A stretch of 63,940 nucleotides of DNA, counting the filler, from Stramenopiles sp. TOSAG23-3 (Eukaryota): assembly GCA_900128585.1 (NCBI GenBank). It is 22 parts of 22 records of this genome, joined end to end, with 100 filler letters (N's around TTAATTAATTAA, not from the genome) between each part and the next. Parts side by side here need not be neighbours in the genome. Positions count along the whole stretch, not along the records: positions 46,639 to 49,441 come from LT644580.1; positions 49,542 to 52,342 come from LT644581.1; positions 52,443 to 55,242 come from LT644582.1; positions 55,343 to 58,142 come from LT644583.1; 18 more parts are not named here. One strand, 5' to 3'. Below, piece after piece: positions 46,539-58,142 of this stretch; the stretch's first letter is position 1; each line of letters starts with the position of its first letter. The position numbers were made by a program, and so were the translations under genes. Below the pieces are notes generated by a model. That model had not been told where the DNA came from. It saw only the letters and a list, made by a program, of their open reading frames with translations, and ran no database searches.

Positions 46539-47185
46539 NNNNNNNNNNNNNNNNNNNNNNNNNNNNNNNNNNNNNNNNNNNNTTAATTAATTAANNNNNN
46601 NNNNNNNNNNNNNNNNNNNNNNNNNNNNNNNNNNNNNNACGCCCGACGCCCCGACGCCGACGATGCCTCGATTTTAGTCCACAACCCTAACCCTAACCAA
46701 CATGGTAATTTAAAATAAATAGGCACAACAACAACAACAACAAAAAGCAGAAGAAAAAAAAGAAAAAAAAGAAAAAGAAGAAGAAGAAGAAGAAGAAAAA
46801 AGAAGAAAAAAGAGGAAATTAGAGACTCCACACTCCACAACTACGATATTATTAGTCGTCTTGTTCTTCTTGTTCTTGTCTACCGGTATTATAGGGTATT
46901 AATTATACTTACAACAACCCGGACAATATAAAAAATAAAAAAATGAATGGAACTCGTACTGTGTATTATAATTAACCAAGGTTGGTATAATATTCAAATA
47001 ATAAACAGACGACGGACTACGTTAGTATTTTAATACTAGACTAATAAATATATAATAATTTAACCAATTTAGAAAAAGAAAAGAAGGAGAGGAAGGCTAC
47101 ACTAAAAAAAATAGCAGAAAAAAGAAAAAAGAGGAGGGGTCTGATTCCAGATTCCAACGATTTTAATAGGAAACATAACGATTTA

Positions 47186-47324
47186 TAATACATATTAGTA
47201 TACTGTTTGAAGTCAGCTCAAAATTAATATAAAAAAATTCGATCTTTTAAATTAAATTAAATAGGGGAAACATTACTATTTGTAATACATATTAGTATAC
47301 TGTTTGTAGTCAGCTCAAAATTAA
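47186..47324. repeat. 42-bp direct repeat x2 (1 mismatch, 97-bp period)
   Basis: TAATACATATTAGTATACTGTTTG(A/T)AGTCAGCTCAAAATTAA at 47186-47227 and 47283-47324. Confidence 0.9.
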
Positions 47325-47824
47325 AAAAAAGAAAAAAAGATCGTTTTTTTGTTTCGATCTTTTTTTCTCCGTCTGTTTTAGTATTTTTATTGAATTTTGT
47401 TTTTAGATTTAATTGTTGGGTATTATTTATGTTCATTATAAACAATGATAAATATTTAAAAAATACTTTCCTTAATTGTAATATTATTAGTTTTGGTGGA
47501 GAGTGGTGACAAACTGAGTCGTTTATTTTCTCTGCGCTATTCAATGGTATTAATAATATTTCCGAAGTGCGTGATCTGAAGATCTATAATTTATTCATCA
47601 TACAGGTAGTAGTATAATGTGTCTACGCACCAACCACCCCACGGACCATTAAATTGATCATCAAACGACTGGAGGTTGAGTAGGAATGGAAGGAAGAGAC
47701 TTACGTCCTTGCAATGAAACAAGAAAAGTATTCATGAAATTTAAGTCAGAAAAGAAGCAGATCAACAATTAAATATCTCTATACCTTTATACGGTGCATC
47801 ATTTATTACAAAAGACCTGTAAAC

Positions 47825-49441
47825 ATGAAACTTACTTTACTTGCGACAGCGTTGCTTGCCGTAGCGTGCAACGCGCAAGCCGGTTTCCCTACGAATGACA
47901 TAGCGCTGTTGTCTCCAAAGTGCGCCAGTATTGCATGCAAAATGGAAGCGTGCTTGTACGGACGCGAATACGAGAATGCAGATGACTGCTGCGGTAGCTG
48001 CAAGGCTGCGCCCGAAGAGCCCAAAGACTCCGAATTCCCTACCAGGGATTCCTCCCTCCTAGGGGACAAATGCCTGGCGGTAGCGTGCACAGCAGAAGTT
48101 TGTGCAGATGGCACAACACTGCAATACAGCAGTGCAGAAGATTGCTGTGGATCTTGCACGAAAGAAGACACCGTCGAACCCAACACCGAGGAGGACCCAG
48201 CAAAAGAGGAGGACCCAGCAAAAGAGGAGGACCCAGCAGAAGAGGAGGACCCAGCAAAAGAGGAGGACCCAGCAGAAGAGGAGGAAGACGACGAAAAAGC
48301 TCTACGAAAGAAGATTAGAATGCAATTGTTGAAAAAGCTTGCGCGCGAGAAAGCTCTACGAAAGAAGATCAGAAAGAAGCTACTTGCGAAATACGGAAAA
48401 GGCATCGATCGAAAAACGCTGCGACTCATGGTTGAAAATCGTATACGACGAAGGCAACGACTCCGTCGGAAGATTAGAAACAAGCTTATGAGAAAACATG
48501 GGTATTCCCGTTCATCTGCCTCACAGATGAAGGAATTGCGACAGAAAGTGAAAATGCGACTAGCACGCAGAAGAAGGAAGAGAGAGGAAATGCGCAAGAA
48601 GATTAGGCAGAGACTGCAGAGAAAAAGTGAACAGCGATCGAAATTGAGGAGAAAAATCCGCCATCGTCTAGAAGAGGAGGAAGCCCCCACGATGCCTGTC
48701 GAAGAGGAAGAGGAGGGCCCAGCAGAAGAGGAGGAAGCCCTCATGATGCCTGAAGAGGAGACTGAATATTATGATGCAATTAAGTGCCGCAAAATCCGGC
48801 CTAGGATGAGATGCCGACGGTACGCCCGTGTCAAACCATGTGATGTTGGCTTTACACGCAGGTACGTTGGATGTTGTCGAAAGCCTGTTTGCAAGAAAGT
48901 CCTCACGATGCCTGTTGAAGAGGAAGCGGAGGGCTCAACAGAAGAGGAGGAAGCCCTCACGATGCCTGTCGAAGAGGAAGAGGAGGGCTCAACAGAAGAG
49001 GAGGAAGCCCTCACGATGCCTGTCGAAGAGGAAGCGGAGGGCTCAACAGAAGAGGAGGAAGTTGCCGAATCCACGGTCGAAGAGGAAGCCCTCACGATCC
49101 CTGTCGAAGAGGAAGCGGAGGGCCCAGCAGAAGAGGAGGAAGTTGCCGAATCCACGGACAAGCCCTCGGAAGTCGACGCAAAGACGCTACGAAGAAAGAT
49201 ACGAGATCAACTCAAACAAAGAGCGGAACGCGAGAAGCAGATGAGAAAGGACACCCGAGAGAGAATGAAAAAGAGAGAAGAGAAAAAAAAGCAAAAGAGT
49301 AGGGAGATGAAAAAGGACATCCGAGATAAGATAAATCGCCGGCGAGAACGCATAGCTAGGAAGGAAGAGGAAATGCGAAAGAAATTGAAACGCCGGCAAG
49401 TAGGCAAGGAGAAACGATCTGGAGGCCGTGGCAGAGGCCGT
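47825..49441 (+). CDS. Secreted repetitive protein with Cys modules and alternating acidic and Arg/Lys-rich blocks (3'-partial)
   Basis: Signal peptide MKLTLLATALLAVACNA; two CxxxACxxExC...DCCGSC modules; (EEDPA(K/E))x5; TMPVEEEAEGSTEEEEAL repeats; RKKIR-type basic repeats. Confidence 0.9.
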
Positions 49442-50714
49442 NNNNNNNNNNNNNNNNNNNNNNNNNNNNNNNNNNNNNNNNNNNNTTAATTAATTAANNN
49501 NNNNNNNNNNNNNNNNNNNNNNNNNNNNNNNNNNNNNNNNNCGCGTTCGGCGGCCAAGGCGGAGGCTTCGATTTCAGCCAGCCCATGTAAAAAATGCCTC
49601 CGCCGGAGCGAGCGTTTTTGACATCCCGACTGCGCGCTGTCAACCACGCACAAAGCAACACAACATAGTATAGTAGTTTCCCGTGTTCTCTTTTACCCAA
49701 GAGAGTTCAAACCCAGCAGGCCGCGCTTGTTTTTTTTCTTTCCCGTACCGTACCCCGGCGGGAAGACGCATCGCAGTTTTTTGGAAAAGTTAGGCAAGTT
49801 TAGGATCTGTAGAAGACAGTTTATTCTGGCAGATCAATTGCGTGTGCGGACACCAACGTTTTATTAACGTGATACGACCACGATCGATCAGCATAGCAAT
49901 TGCAACAACGAAGCCTTGGCGTTGCCGTATTTAGTAAGTAAGGTGGGACGACCCCTCTCACCATTGAAATATTTTCTTACTTCTTCCGTAAGTCTATTAT
50001 TTATTTTTACTATTATTGGCATCGAAGAAAGAATTTTTTAATAATTATTGTATCAATACAGTATACGAATTATTTATAATTATTTATTTCAGCATCCTAT
50101 GAACAAAAAACAATTAAAATTCTTTTCTGTGCTGTGTGCTATCCTCTAAATGAACGTATTATACAATTTAAACAGTATAACAACTATAAAATTTAAAATA
50201 AGACAAAGATGATTATGAATGATTATGAATGTATAATACAATTAATAGCTCAATCGTAATAGTATTATAAAATATAATTTATGTTGATCCTACTTGTATT
50301 ATACGTAATATACGATTAAAATTGATAATGTTAAAATATGGCAACGCATTCATTCTTTCTTCTTTCTTCTTCTTCTAATAAAATCTCTTTTTTTCTTCTT
50401 CTCTTTTTTTCTTCTCTTTCTTCTTCTCTTCCTCTCTCTTCTTTTGTGTGGAGGATGGAGGATAGAAGAAGAAGATAGAAAAAAAGAAGATGATGATTAT
50501 TTTATATATGGTTTTTAATAATAATTTTAGATAAAGCTTCTTCTTCTGTCGTCTGTCTCAGTCAGTGAAGAACAGAGAAAAAGCAAAAAATCAATAAGTG
50601 GTATCTAGAAGTCCTTGAATTGCAACTACATGTACATGCTTCCGAGGGGGGTTTGCGGCGCATTTTATCATAAGACCTGTGTAAATAGAGGCTAGAGGGT
50701 CGTTGCGGAACAAG

Positions 50715-50789
50715 ATGGGTGCAAGGCAGGGCCGTGCCGGTGACCTTTCTGTCGGGACTGAGATTGACGCGTTGGGGGAAGACGACCAG
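50715..50789 (+). CDS. Probable gene start (Tudor-like N-terminus) cut off at an inversion junction
   Basis: MGARQGRAGDLSVGTEIDALGEDDQ follows an AT-rich upstream region and resembles LLTRGKNIDVLD in the opposite-strand USP. Confidence 0.55.
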
Positions 50790-52342
50790 GACTGGGGGCC
50801 ACCGCTGGATGGACATGACTTTGGTGGACGTGGTGTGTTTTTTGCATTTCTTGCAGTAATACGCGTCGTCCCCTGAGAGTTTCTCTGGACTCGCGAAAGA
50901 TTTAAGGCAATCTGCCAACGAACATTTTCTACCCATCCGTGTGCTAGGGATGGGAACGGAAAGGTCCCAGAACGGGTCGTACGCCGAGGACCGGTACTTG
51001 CATCTTGTGCACGTAACATACGAGCGCAGTTGGCCGCAAAAGATGTCTCGAATTTGGCTGTCGTTGCGCTCGGCATAATTATTCCACCATATGTTGCTCT
51101 TTACAATTTCTGAATGGTTAGGATCGTCCTTGATTTCTTCGTACTTCGGCTTGATATGCACACGATTTAAATCTTCGTGCAGCCCGTCTAGAAAGAACCT
51201 CAAAAATTCTTGCGCGTCGTGCTGCGCAAAACCACTAAAACGTTGGACAAAACTACCGACGACGTTTTTCAGTTGTTTTGGGGCCCGAGCAGTCTGCTCG
51301 GTCGAGTACCAATAGTCCAGGATGAAGTCGCAAAACGCTTTGGCGAACTGGCCACGTGTCGCGCTATTCGGATTCAGCTCACGCCGAAGAGATACCCCGG
51401 CGCCGAGAAAGTACGCGGCGAGGGGAAGGGTGTTGAACAGACATTGCAGGCATGAATTCATGAAACAGGTGTTTCCCAAATTGTGCAGGCCGACCAGCCC
51501 GCTCTCTGCGTCTCTGGGAATCTCCGTGGACAATTGTTTACGAAGAACAACGCTCTCCTCGTCAAAGCGCGACGCAGAGAGGTCTTCCTGTTGCTGCTGC
51601 CCTTCCACCTCCTCTTCGCCCTCCTCTGTATCGCTCGCGCTTACCTTATCGTCGTCTTCTTCATTGTTTCCTTTATACGCATCTACAAGGCCTGCCGTAT
51701 CGTCGTATATTTGTTTGCCCTGCCGAACGTCGTTTCGTGTGGCGCCCTCACGGGCTTTCCGAATGGCCCGTTCTTCCTGGTTTATTTTCTCCCTTTCCCT
51801 GCTACGTTTCTGTCTCACTTCCTTCTCCACGTAGTCTTCGTACCTAGCCTCCGACATAATCCGGGCCTCGTCCTTCCCCAACCATGTATCGTACTTCGTG
51901 TCCCATTTCTTGTAGTGCACTTTGTAGCGCTTTCCATTTTCGTCATACCCCGAGTCTATAATCTCTGCCCGCCTCCATTTGTGCTTCACCTGGTTCGTCC
52001 TCGTGCTTATGAATATATCGTTTGCAAAAACGTTTTGTCCTATTTTAAATTCTTCTTGTTCCCAATCGACCTTTGTCTTGTACGATTTGGCTACTACTGA
52101 GGACGTGTGCTTTCCGGACGGAGCAACCCTCCCCCGTTCTTCATTTACATTGATCCAAACGTTGTATTTTTCCTGCCAGCCTTCGAAGTTAACTTCGATG
52201 GATTCGTCCTCAATATCAACAATTACGGCACGGCGCCACTGCTTTTTCTCTTTTCCCGTTTTCTGGGACTGAAATACGTCCAAAACGTCAATGTTTTTCC
52301 CTCTGGTTAAAAGAGATTTCGGGAATGTGAACCCCCCCCCCC
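50781..52342 (-). CDS. Ubiquitin-specific protease (C19; USP2/8/21-like) with tandem Tudor/chromo-barrel-like domains; truncated before the His box, 5'-partial
   Basis: GLHNLGNTCFMNSCLQCL, QHDAQEFLRFFLDGLHEDLNRV, FWDLSVPI, CKKCKK. Similarity ends at WPPVLVV. Confidence 0.9.
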
Positions 52343-52761
52343 NNNNNNNNNNNNNNNNNNNNNNNNNNNNNNNNNNNNNNNNNNNNTTAATTAATTAANN
52401 NNNNNNNNNNNNNNNNNNNNNNNNNNNNNNNNNNNNNNNNNNTGTAACAACACTTTTCTGCACATCCCTACTCAAGTAAGTATTCAACTTAATCAAACAA
52501 AGCAATAAAAATTCCAATAAAACAGTTTCGAGTCGTGTAACAAATTGCATGTTGACTGTTTCATTACTAATAGTGGTATAAACTAATACCAACACAAATT
52601 TTTGATGATGTCAAACCAATCTCATTTGTCGATGTAGTAGATTTAACATATTTTTCCACCGTTCACTTTCTATCATTTACTTATGCACATATTCTCTTTG
52701 GGGTCATACAACGTTTTATGACGCAAATTCAGTTCAAAAATTGCTTCATTTCACTGTAAAA

Positions 52762-54447
52762 ATGGACACCAAAGACTTTGAAGCAAAATCCCAGGTCGGG
52801 GTAATTGTGCGTATTCGGCCAGTGGACAGTCACGAAACCCCAAATATTGAATTGCTGCCAGCAATAAACAATAATTATAATTTAGAAATTAAATGCGCAA
52901 AAGGTCCCAAAATATCGAAAATCGATCGGTTTTGTTTTAGTAATGTATTAGATCAACATGCGACACAAGCCAATGTTTTTTGTAGTACCACAAAAATTTT
53001 GAATTCATTTATTAACGGTTGCAATGGGACTATATTTTGTTATGGACAAACTGGGGCCGGTAAAACTTACACAATAAATGGTGGTGACCAGTATAATACG
53101 AGAGGTTTACTGCCAAGAATATTAGAATACATATTTCAGAAAAATACGAACGAAAAAGATGCCAAGGATGGTTTTGGTGTAGAGGTGGCGTACTTAGAGT
53201 TATACCAAGAGCGACTGTTTGATTTGTTGGCGGAGAAAAACGATCGGGTTGACTCACTGAAAATATGCGAAGTGCACGATGGAGAAACTTATGTATCGGG
53301 GTCTTCATGGGTGGACGTCAGCAGTATTCATGCCGCTTTAGACATATTTTTCGATGGGAATGTCCGCCGTGTTACTGCCAGCCACAGCATGAACTCATCT
53401 TCAAGTAGGTCCCACGCCATATTTACAATTCGGTTAAAGTTTGGAAATAGTGTTTATCCACAGCGTCGGAGTCCTCGTTTGCACATTATTGATCTTGCTG
53501 GTTCGGAATCAACAACAAAGTCTTCTTCATGCGGCACACTGTTCTCAGAAGCATGTTGCATCAACCAGAGCCTTTCAGTGTTAGAACAAGTAGTGATAGC
53601 TTTAGGACAAAAGAGACGGTCCCACATTCCGTACAGGCGATCAAAATTAACACAACTGCTAAAAAACTCTCTAGGGGGCAATTCTAAAACTCTCATGATT
53701 GCAAATGTATTACCTATAGCAAGTTGCTATGACGATACCATTCGAACTCTTCGTTTTGCCAGCAGAATCAAAACTATTATTAGTATACCTGTAGGGATAG
53801 AGAAGAAACCAAAGTTACCGGAACAATTAAAACAATACACCAAAAATCTTCGACAAGAGCTAATATTACACGATCAGCTCAGTGGTCGTTTGTTATTAAA
53901 GCAGTTTCCTGACGCTTGTTTTTCTGAACGAGAATGTAAACAGCTTGAACAACGTGTTGATAAGTATCTGAAGGAAGGCACTGGACAGCTCAAATTTGAA
54001 AGTGTAAGAGAAGCTCATAAACTTTTTGATATTTTAAAAGAACGTACAATTAACAAGCAACCGAAAAACACTGTCCGACGTGATACACCGTTTAAAAGTG
54101 GTTTAATTATGCCAGAGGGACTTTCCTTATACCCACAAGATAAAGATCATGCTAGTGTACGTGTGGGTTTGGTTTCTAAAGATTATTTGCAGCATACTCA
54201 GGTTTTGTCCAATTGCATTAACAAATGCAAACTTCGGGCAAGATATTCACGCAATGAAGCTAATAAACTTATTATAGAACTGAAAAATAGAGACACCAAA
54301 ATGCAAAACAACAAGTTAACTGATGGTCAAACAAAGATGCAAATAAAAGCGCTAAAACGTATGTATCGCATCCATGCCAAAGCTCTTGAAGATTCGAGAG
54401 TAGAATTGAAATACCTAAAAACCCAGCTTGCACTACAGAAGGGGTAA
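52762..54447 (+). CDS. KIF9: Kinesin-9 family motor (KIF9/KLP1-like)
   Basis: YGQTGAGKTYT, SSRSHAIF, IDLAGSE, INQSLSVLEQVVIAL, HIPYRRSKLT, and LRQELILHDQL after the motor domain, as in kinesin-9. Confidence 0.85.
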   Translation: MDTKDFEAKSQVGVIVRIRPVDSHETPNIELLPAINNNYNLEIKCAKGPKISKIDRFCFSNVLDQHATQANVFCSTTKILNSFINGCNGTIFCYGQTGAGKTYTINGGDQYNTRGLLPRILEYIFQKNTNEKDAKDGFGVEVAYLELYQERLFDLLAEKNDRVDSLKICEVHDGETYVSGSSWVDVSSIHAALDIFFDGNVRRVTASHSMNSSSSRSHAIFTIRLKFGNSVYPQRRSPRLHIIDLAGSESTTKSSSCGTLFSEACCINQSLSVLEQVVIALGQKRRSHIPYRRSKLTQLLKNSLGGNSKTLMIANVLPIASCYDDTIRTLRFASRIKTIISIPVGIEKKPKLPEQLKQYTKNLRQELILHDQLSGRLLLKQFPDACFSERECKQLEQRVDKYLKEGTGQLKFESVREAHKLFDILKERTINKQPKNTVRRDTPFKSGLIMPEGLSLYPQDKDHASVRVGLVSKDYLQHTQVLSNCINKCKLRARYSRNEANKLIIELKNRDTKMQNNKLTDGQTKMQIKALKRMYRIHAKALEDSRVELKYLKTQLALQKG

Positions 54448-55459
54448 TATCGCCCGGACATGGCCCAAGGTTTGTTTCTCTGTGAATGTTCTTGTAGTTT
54501 TACTTCACAATGTGGGACTAGATCCTTTCTTGGTTGTGATAATCAATTGTTAAAAATACAAGAGGATCACATATCTTAAATTGCAATTCAAAAATTGCCG
54601 CGTGAGTAGGTGACCTCACTGACATCTCAGACGCTCCTCCGAAACCGAACGCGTTAAGCTCGGATGACGACGACGAAGAGGCTCTACAGAAAGATGACCC
54701 ACCGCGTATTGGGGGCTAGACCACTCGCCCACGGCATTATCAAGTTGAGAGGACGATGGCATGGAGACCATGATAGGAGACGACCCCACGTCTACCGAGG
54801 GATCGGAACAATTGATCACAGAGAAAGAACGAATAGTAGCCCAGGATATCTTACCATGAGGAAACCTGGATGACCAACACCTCTCGCCCCATAGACCATT
54901 CAAGGCGCTGGCCATGGGGAAACGGCAATAGTGACCGATTATGCTAGTCAGAAGAAGCAAATAGCACTAACAGAAATTGCGCGAGTGTTCCAACAAGCAC
55001 ACTAAGACAACAAATTCACCATAGCCGGCGTCCTGGATTGCCGTTAGAATGTCCGTCATGTGTTTCATTTTCTTAAGTAGCGCTGTATAGGATATCATTT
55101 ATTATCTTTTCTTCTTTCTCAGAGAGCATGGGTTCTGTGATGAGGAAGAGTGGTAAACCGACTTGGGTGGCTGACACAAGATTTTCCATGTTATATAGCA
55201 AATCTTTCCGGCAGCCTATTTGTACAGCGAAGCCATTTATTGNNNNNNNNNNNNNNNNNNNNNNNNNNNNNNNNNNNNNNNNNNNNTTAATTAATTAANN
55301 NNNNNNNNNNNNNNNNNNNNNNNNNNNNNNNNNNNNNNNNNNCAGGAGTTAAATTTCAGGTGGTCGTGTTTGCGGTTTGGAAGTCAGACATGAGACCAGA
55401 AGGTCAAGGGTGGAAGGGTTCAAAATAGTATTTCTGGACAGTTGTTGGGGTTTTTGGGC

Positions 55460-56638
55460 ATGGGGGAAGACTGGCTTAAAATCGCAGCTTTTAATGTTCA
55501 GATCTTTGGCGCGTCCAAGATAGAAAAGCATAATGTAACTGCTATTTTGACGAAAATTTTGTTGCGGTACGATCTAATATTTTTCCAAGAAATCCGTGAC
55601 ACAAGTGGCGAGGCAATAGTTACTTTGATGGAAAAGCTAAACAATGCCTCCGCTGTGCCGGGTGGGGAATACAACTACCTGGTCAGCGAGAGATTGGGAA
55701 GGACGAGTTCCAAAGAGCAGTATGCGTGGATTTACAAAAAAGAAAAGCTCCGAGCTGAGAAAGCGAAGGTCATGGCAGATGTTGGGGACAACTTTGAAAG
55801 GGAGCCGCACGTCGTATGGTGGAAAACGCAAGGCAATAATTATTTGACCACGATGGGGATTCATGTGAAACCCGGAGCCGTCGTCCCGGAACTGAATGCC
55901 CTCGGCGATTTGTACATAAGTGACGTTAAAAAGACAACGCGCGGTGCGGGGGCGCTCATAATGGGGGATTTTAATGCCGACTGTACGTATTTGAACAAGG
56001 CCGAATGGAAATGCATCCGGTCACCTCTGTGCACTGGCTACAAGATGTCGCTTTGGGAGCTGAGCTCAGAGTTCGTTTGGTTGTTGGACGACGACGTAGA
56101 CACCACTACCAAATCGACGAACTGTGCATATGATCGATTTGTCGTGGCTGGCGCCCTGAAGCACGCGGTACTGGAGAATACCACGAGCGTGTACCGTTTT
56201 GATTTGGACTATGGACTCTCCTCGTCCACCACTGAAGATGTTAGCGACCACTACCCGATTGAAGTTACCCTTGATATGGCAAAGCTGCCCTTGGTGCTGG
56301 GGAAAGAGACGTATGCTGCAAATACTGTGGAAACGTGGGTGTTTGTATTGGTTGGGGCTATAATTGCCGCAGTTTGCGCTGTCCTTTTCTTTGCATGGCG
56401 AAGCTGGAAACGTCCCCGAAAACCAAAAAATACGGAAAAGGTCGTGCACCTATCTGCCGCCGCCGTAAACGTCTCTGCCGCGTCGAATCGACAGGCAAGA
56501 TTGGACAGAATAAGAAGAAAAAGATCCGAAGCACCCCCGTTGGGAAACAAAGGGCCGCCAAGGTACGAAGTCAGCAAAGAACCCGCAAAAGATGCACTCT
56601 ATGTAGGGGCTGATCCTGCCCAAAATCCATACATTTAA
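55460..56638 (+). CDS. Deoxyribonuclease I family nuclease with a C-terminal transmembrane helix (5' end uncertain)
   Basis: LKIAAFNVQIFG, QEIRD, LGRTSSKEQY, FEREP, MGDFNADCTY, STNCAYDRFVV, VSDHYPIEVTL; TM WVFVLVGAIIAAVCAVLFFAW. Confidence 0.93.
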   Translation: MGEDWLKIAAFNVQIFGASKIEKHNVTAILTKILLRYDLIFFQEIRDTSGEAIVTLMEKLNNASAVPGGEYNYLVSERLGRTSSKEQYAWIYKKEKLRAEKAKVMADVGDNFEREPHVVWWKTQGNNYLTTMGIHVKPGAVVPELNALGDLYISDVKKTTRGAGALIMGDFNADCTYLNKAEWKCIRSPLCTGYKMSLWELSSEFVWLLDDDVDTTTKSTNCAYDRFVVAGALKHAVLENTTSVYRFDLDYGLSSSTTEDVSDHYPIEVTLDMAKLPLVLGKETYAANTVETWVFVLVGAIIAAVCAVLFFAWRSWKRPRKPKNTEKVVHLSAAAVNVSAASNRQARLDRIRRKRSEAPPLGNKGPPRYEVSKEPAKDALYVGADPAQNPYI

Positions 56639-57443
56639 AATGCCGTAAGACGTAATACTTTAAAGTAGAAAGAAGAAGCAAAAAAGAAGAAGAATGAAAA
56701 ATTGTACAAAATATTTATATAAAAGACACTTTTAAACTACTACTTCGGTATTTAGAATAATAATAGCAAGCTAAAATATAAATAATAATATATAGAATGA
56801 TTGCTATTATTGCTATGTATAATATTATTATTGCATTATTATTTTACAGGTAATAGCATAAAACAAACAAAAACAAAAGAAGAAGATCTTAAAATTATAC
56901 GAGGAGACAACCAACAACAGCCAGCCGGCCACAAATTCCAAATTCCTCTTCCCTCTTCTTCAAACGTTAAGGTTTGAATAGATGTAATTAAAATCAAGTT
57001 TAGTTGAAAAAGAATCTATTTATTGACCATAGAAAGGCATATATACTTTCTCCTTCTTTAGACACAAACCTTAATTGTGGCATATTTCGTCACACATTCA
57101 AAAAAAACAGAAGAAGAAGATAGAAGTAGTTGTTTTTTGTTGGTCGGTGGTTGTTTATTTTTATTAGAATATAATAGACCGACTATTATATTTAAGATAA
57201 ACAACAAAAACAACGAACGGCGAGTCGGGAGAGAGAAGAAAAGGAATATTCATTTGTATGCGACGATCGATTGAACTTAGTGAGCACTTTTCAACGGAAA
57301 ATTCAGAAGTTATTAAAGAAGTACTGCAAAGGAACCAAAAGTACGCGTGTGTTTATTTGCATCAGAAGCTCATAGCAAAACCGTTTGTTGTTGAGTGAGA
57401 CATATCTACGTATATAGAACACTTATACACCGTCAGCCAGAAA

Positions 57444-58142
57444 ATGTTTGACTTGTATCTTTTCGGAGCTTTGATTCCCGTCTTCGCGTCGGTTCATTTT
57501 CTGTGTTGGATCGCATTGCCATACATGTCCAAGACATTTAATACGGTCGGCGCATCAGACAAAGGGTATTGGGTGGCGAATCACGTGTCCACCTTTCACG
57601 CAGTAGGGGCTGTGATTCTGAGTGTCGACTGCATGGTCGACCGCCCAGAAATGTTGACGGAGGATGACTTTTTCATGCAGTCCGAAAAAGCCCATTTTAT
57701 GGGCCACTTCTTCATGGCCTACATTTTCTTCGACTTCTGCGTGTGCTTGTATTACAACAAACAGTGGAAATCGTTCTGGGAGAACATGGCGCACCACGGT
57801 TGCGTCTTGCTGTGTTGGTACCAACTTGTTGGCGGGGATGAACACCATGACTCCTACGGCCTCCTGTTTTCCACCGTTTCCATTTTCTGTGAAATTACGA
57901 CGCCGGCGGTCAATTTGTTCTGGATACAGAAAAAAACTGGCACTGATCACGGCTGCTGCTTTACCCTTAATGGGCTTTACTTGACGTTCTCGTTCGTCTT
58001 ATTTCGTGCAGGGGGGTTTCTGTGGATGGGATACAAGCTCTACATAGTTCGTCAACAGTTTTTTTCGCTGGCGACGTACCGGTACGTGACGATTGCCTTC
58101 TGCTACTTGACTGGCCTCACAATGCAGCTCATGTGGTCAAAG
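57444..58142 (+). CDS. TLC-domain membrane protein (TMEM56/TLCD4-like), 3'-partial
   Basis: VSTFHA, AYIFFD, AHH, EITTPAVN, NGL...FVLFR; multiple TM segments. Confidence 0.88.

Noticed and set aside
46683..46698. AACCCTAACCCTAACC telomere-like sequence
   Set aside because: Only about 2.5 units and internal; insufficient for a telomere call.
47806..48744. 312-aa antisense ORF and other long shadow ORFs (e.g. 16139-16957, 24812-25537, 5130-5813)
   Set aside because: Antisense or off-frame shadows of well-supported genes, caused by codon bias and repeats.
55135..55180. Box C (GTGATGA) and box D (CTGA) with a short terminal stem, snoRNA-like
   Set aside because: Only about 40 nt long, and I could identify no rRNA guide complementarity.
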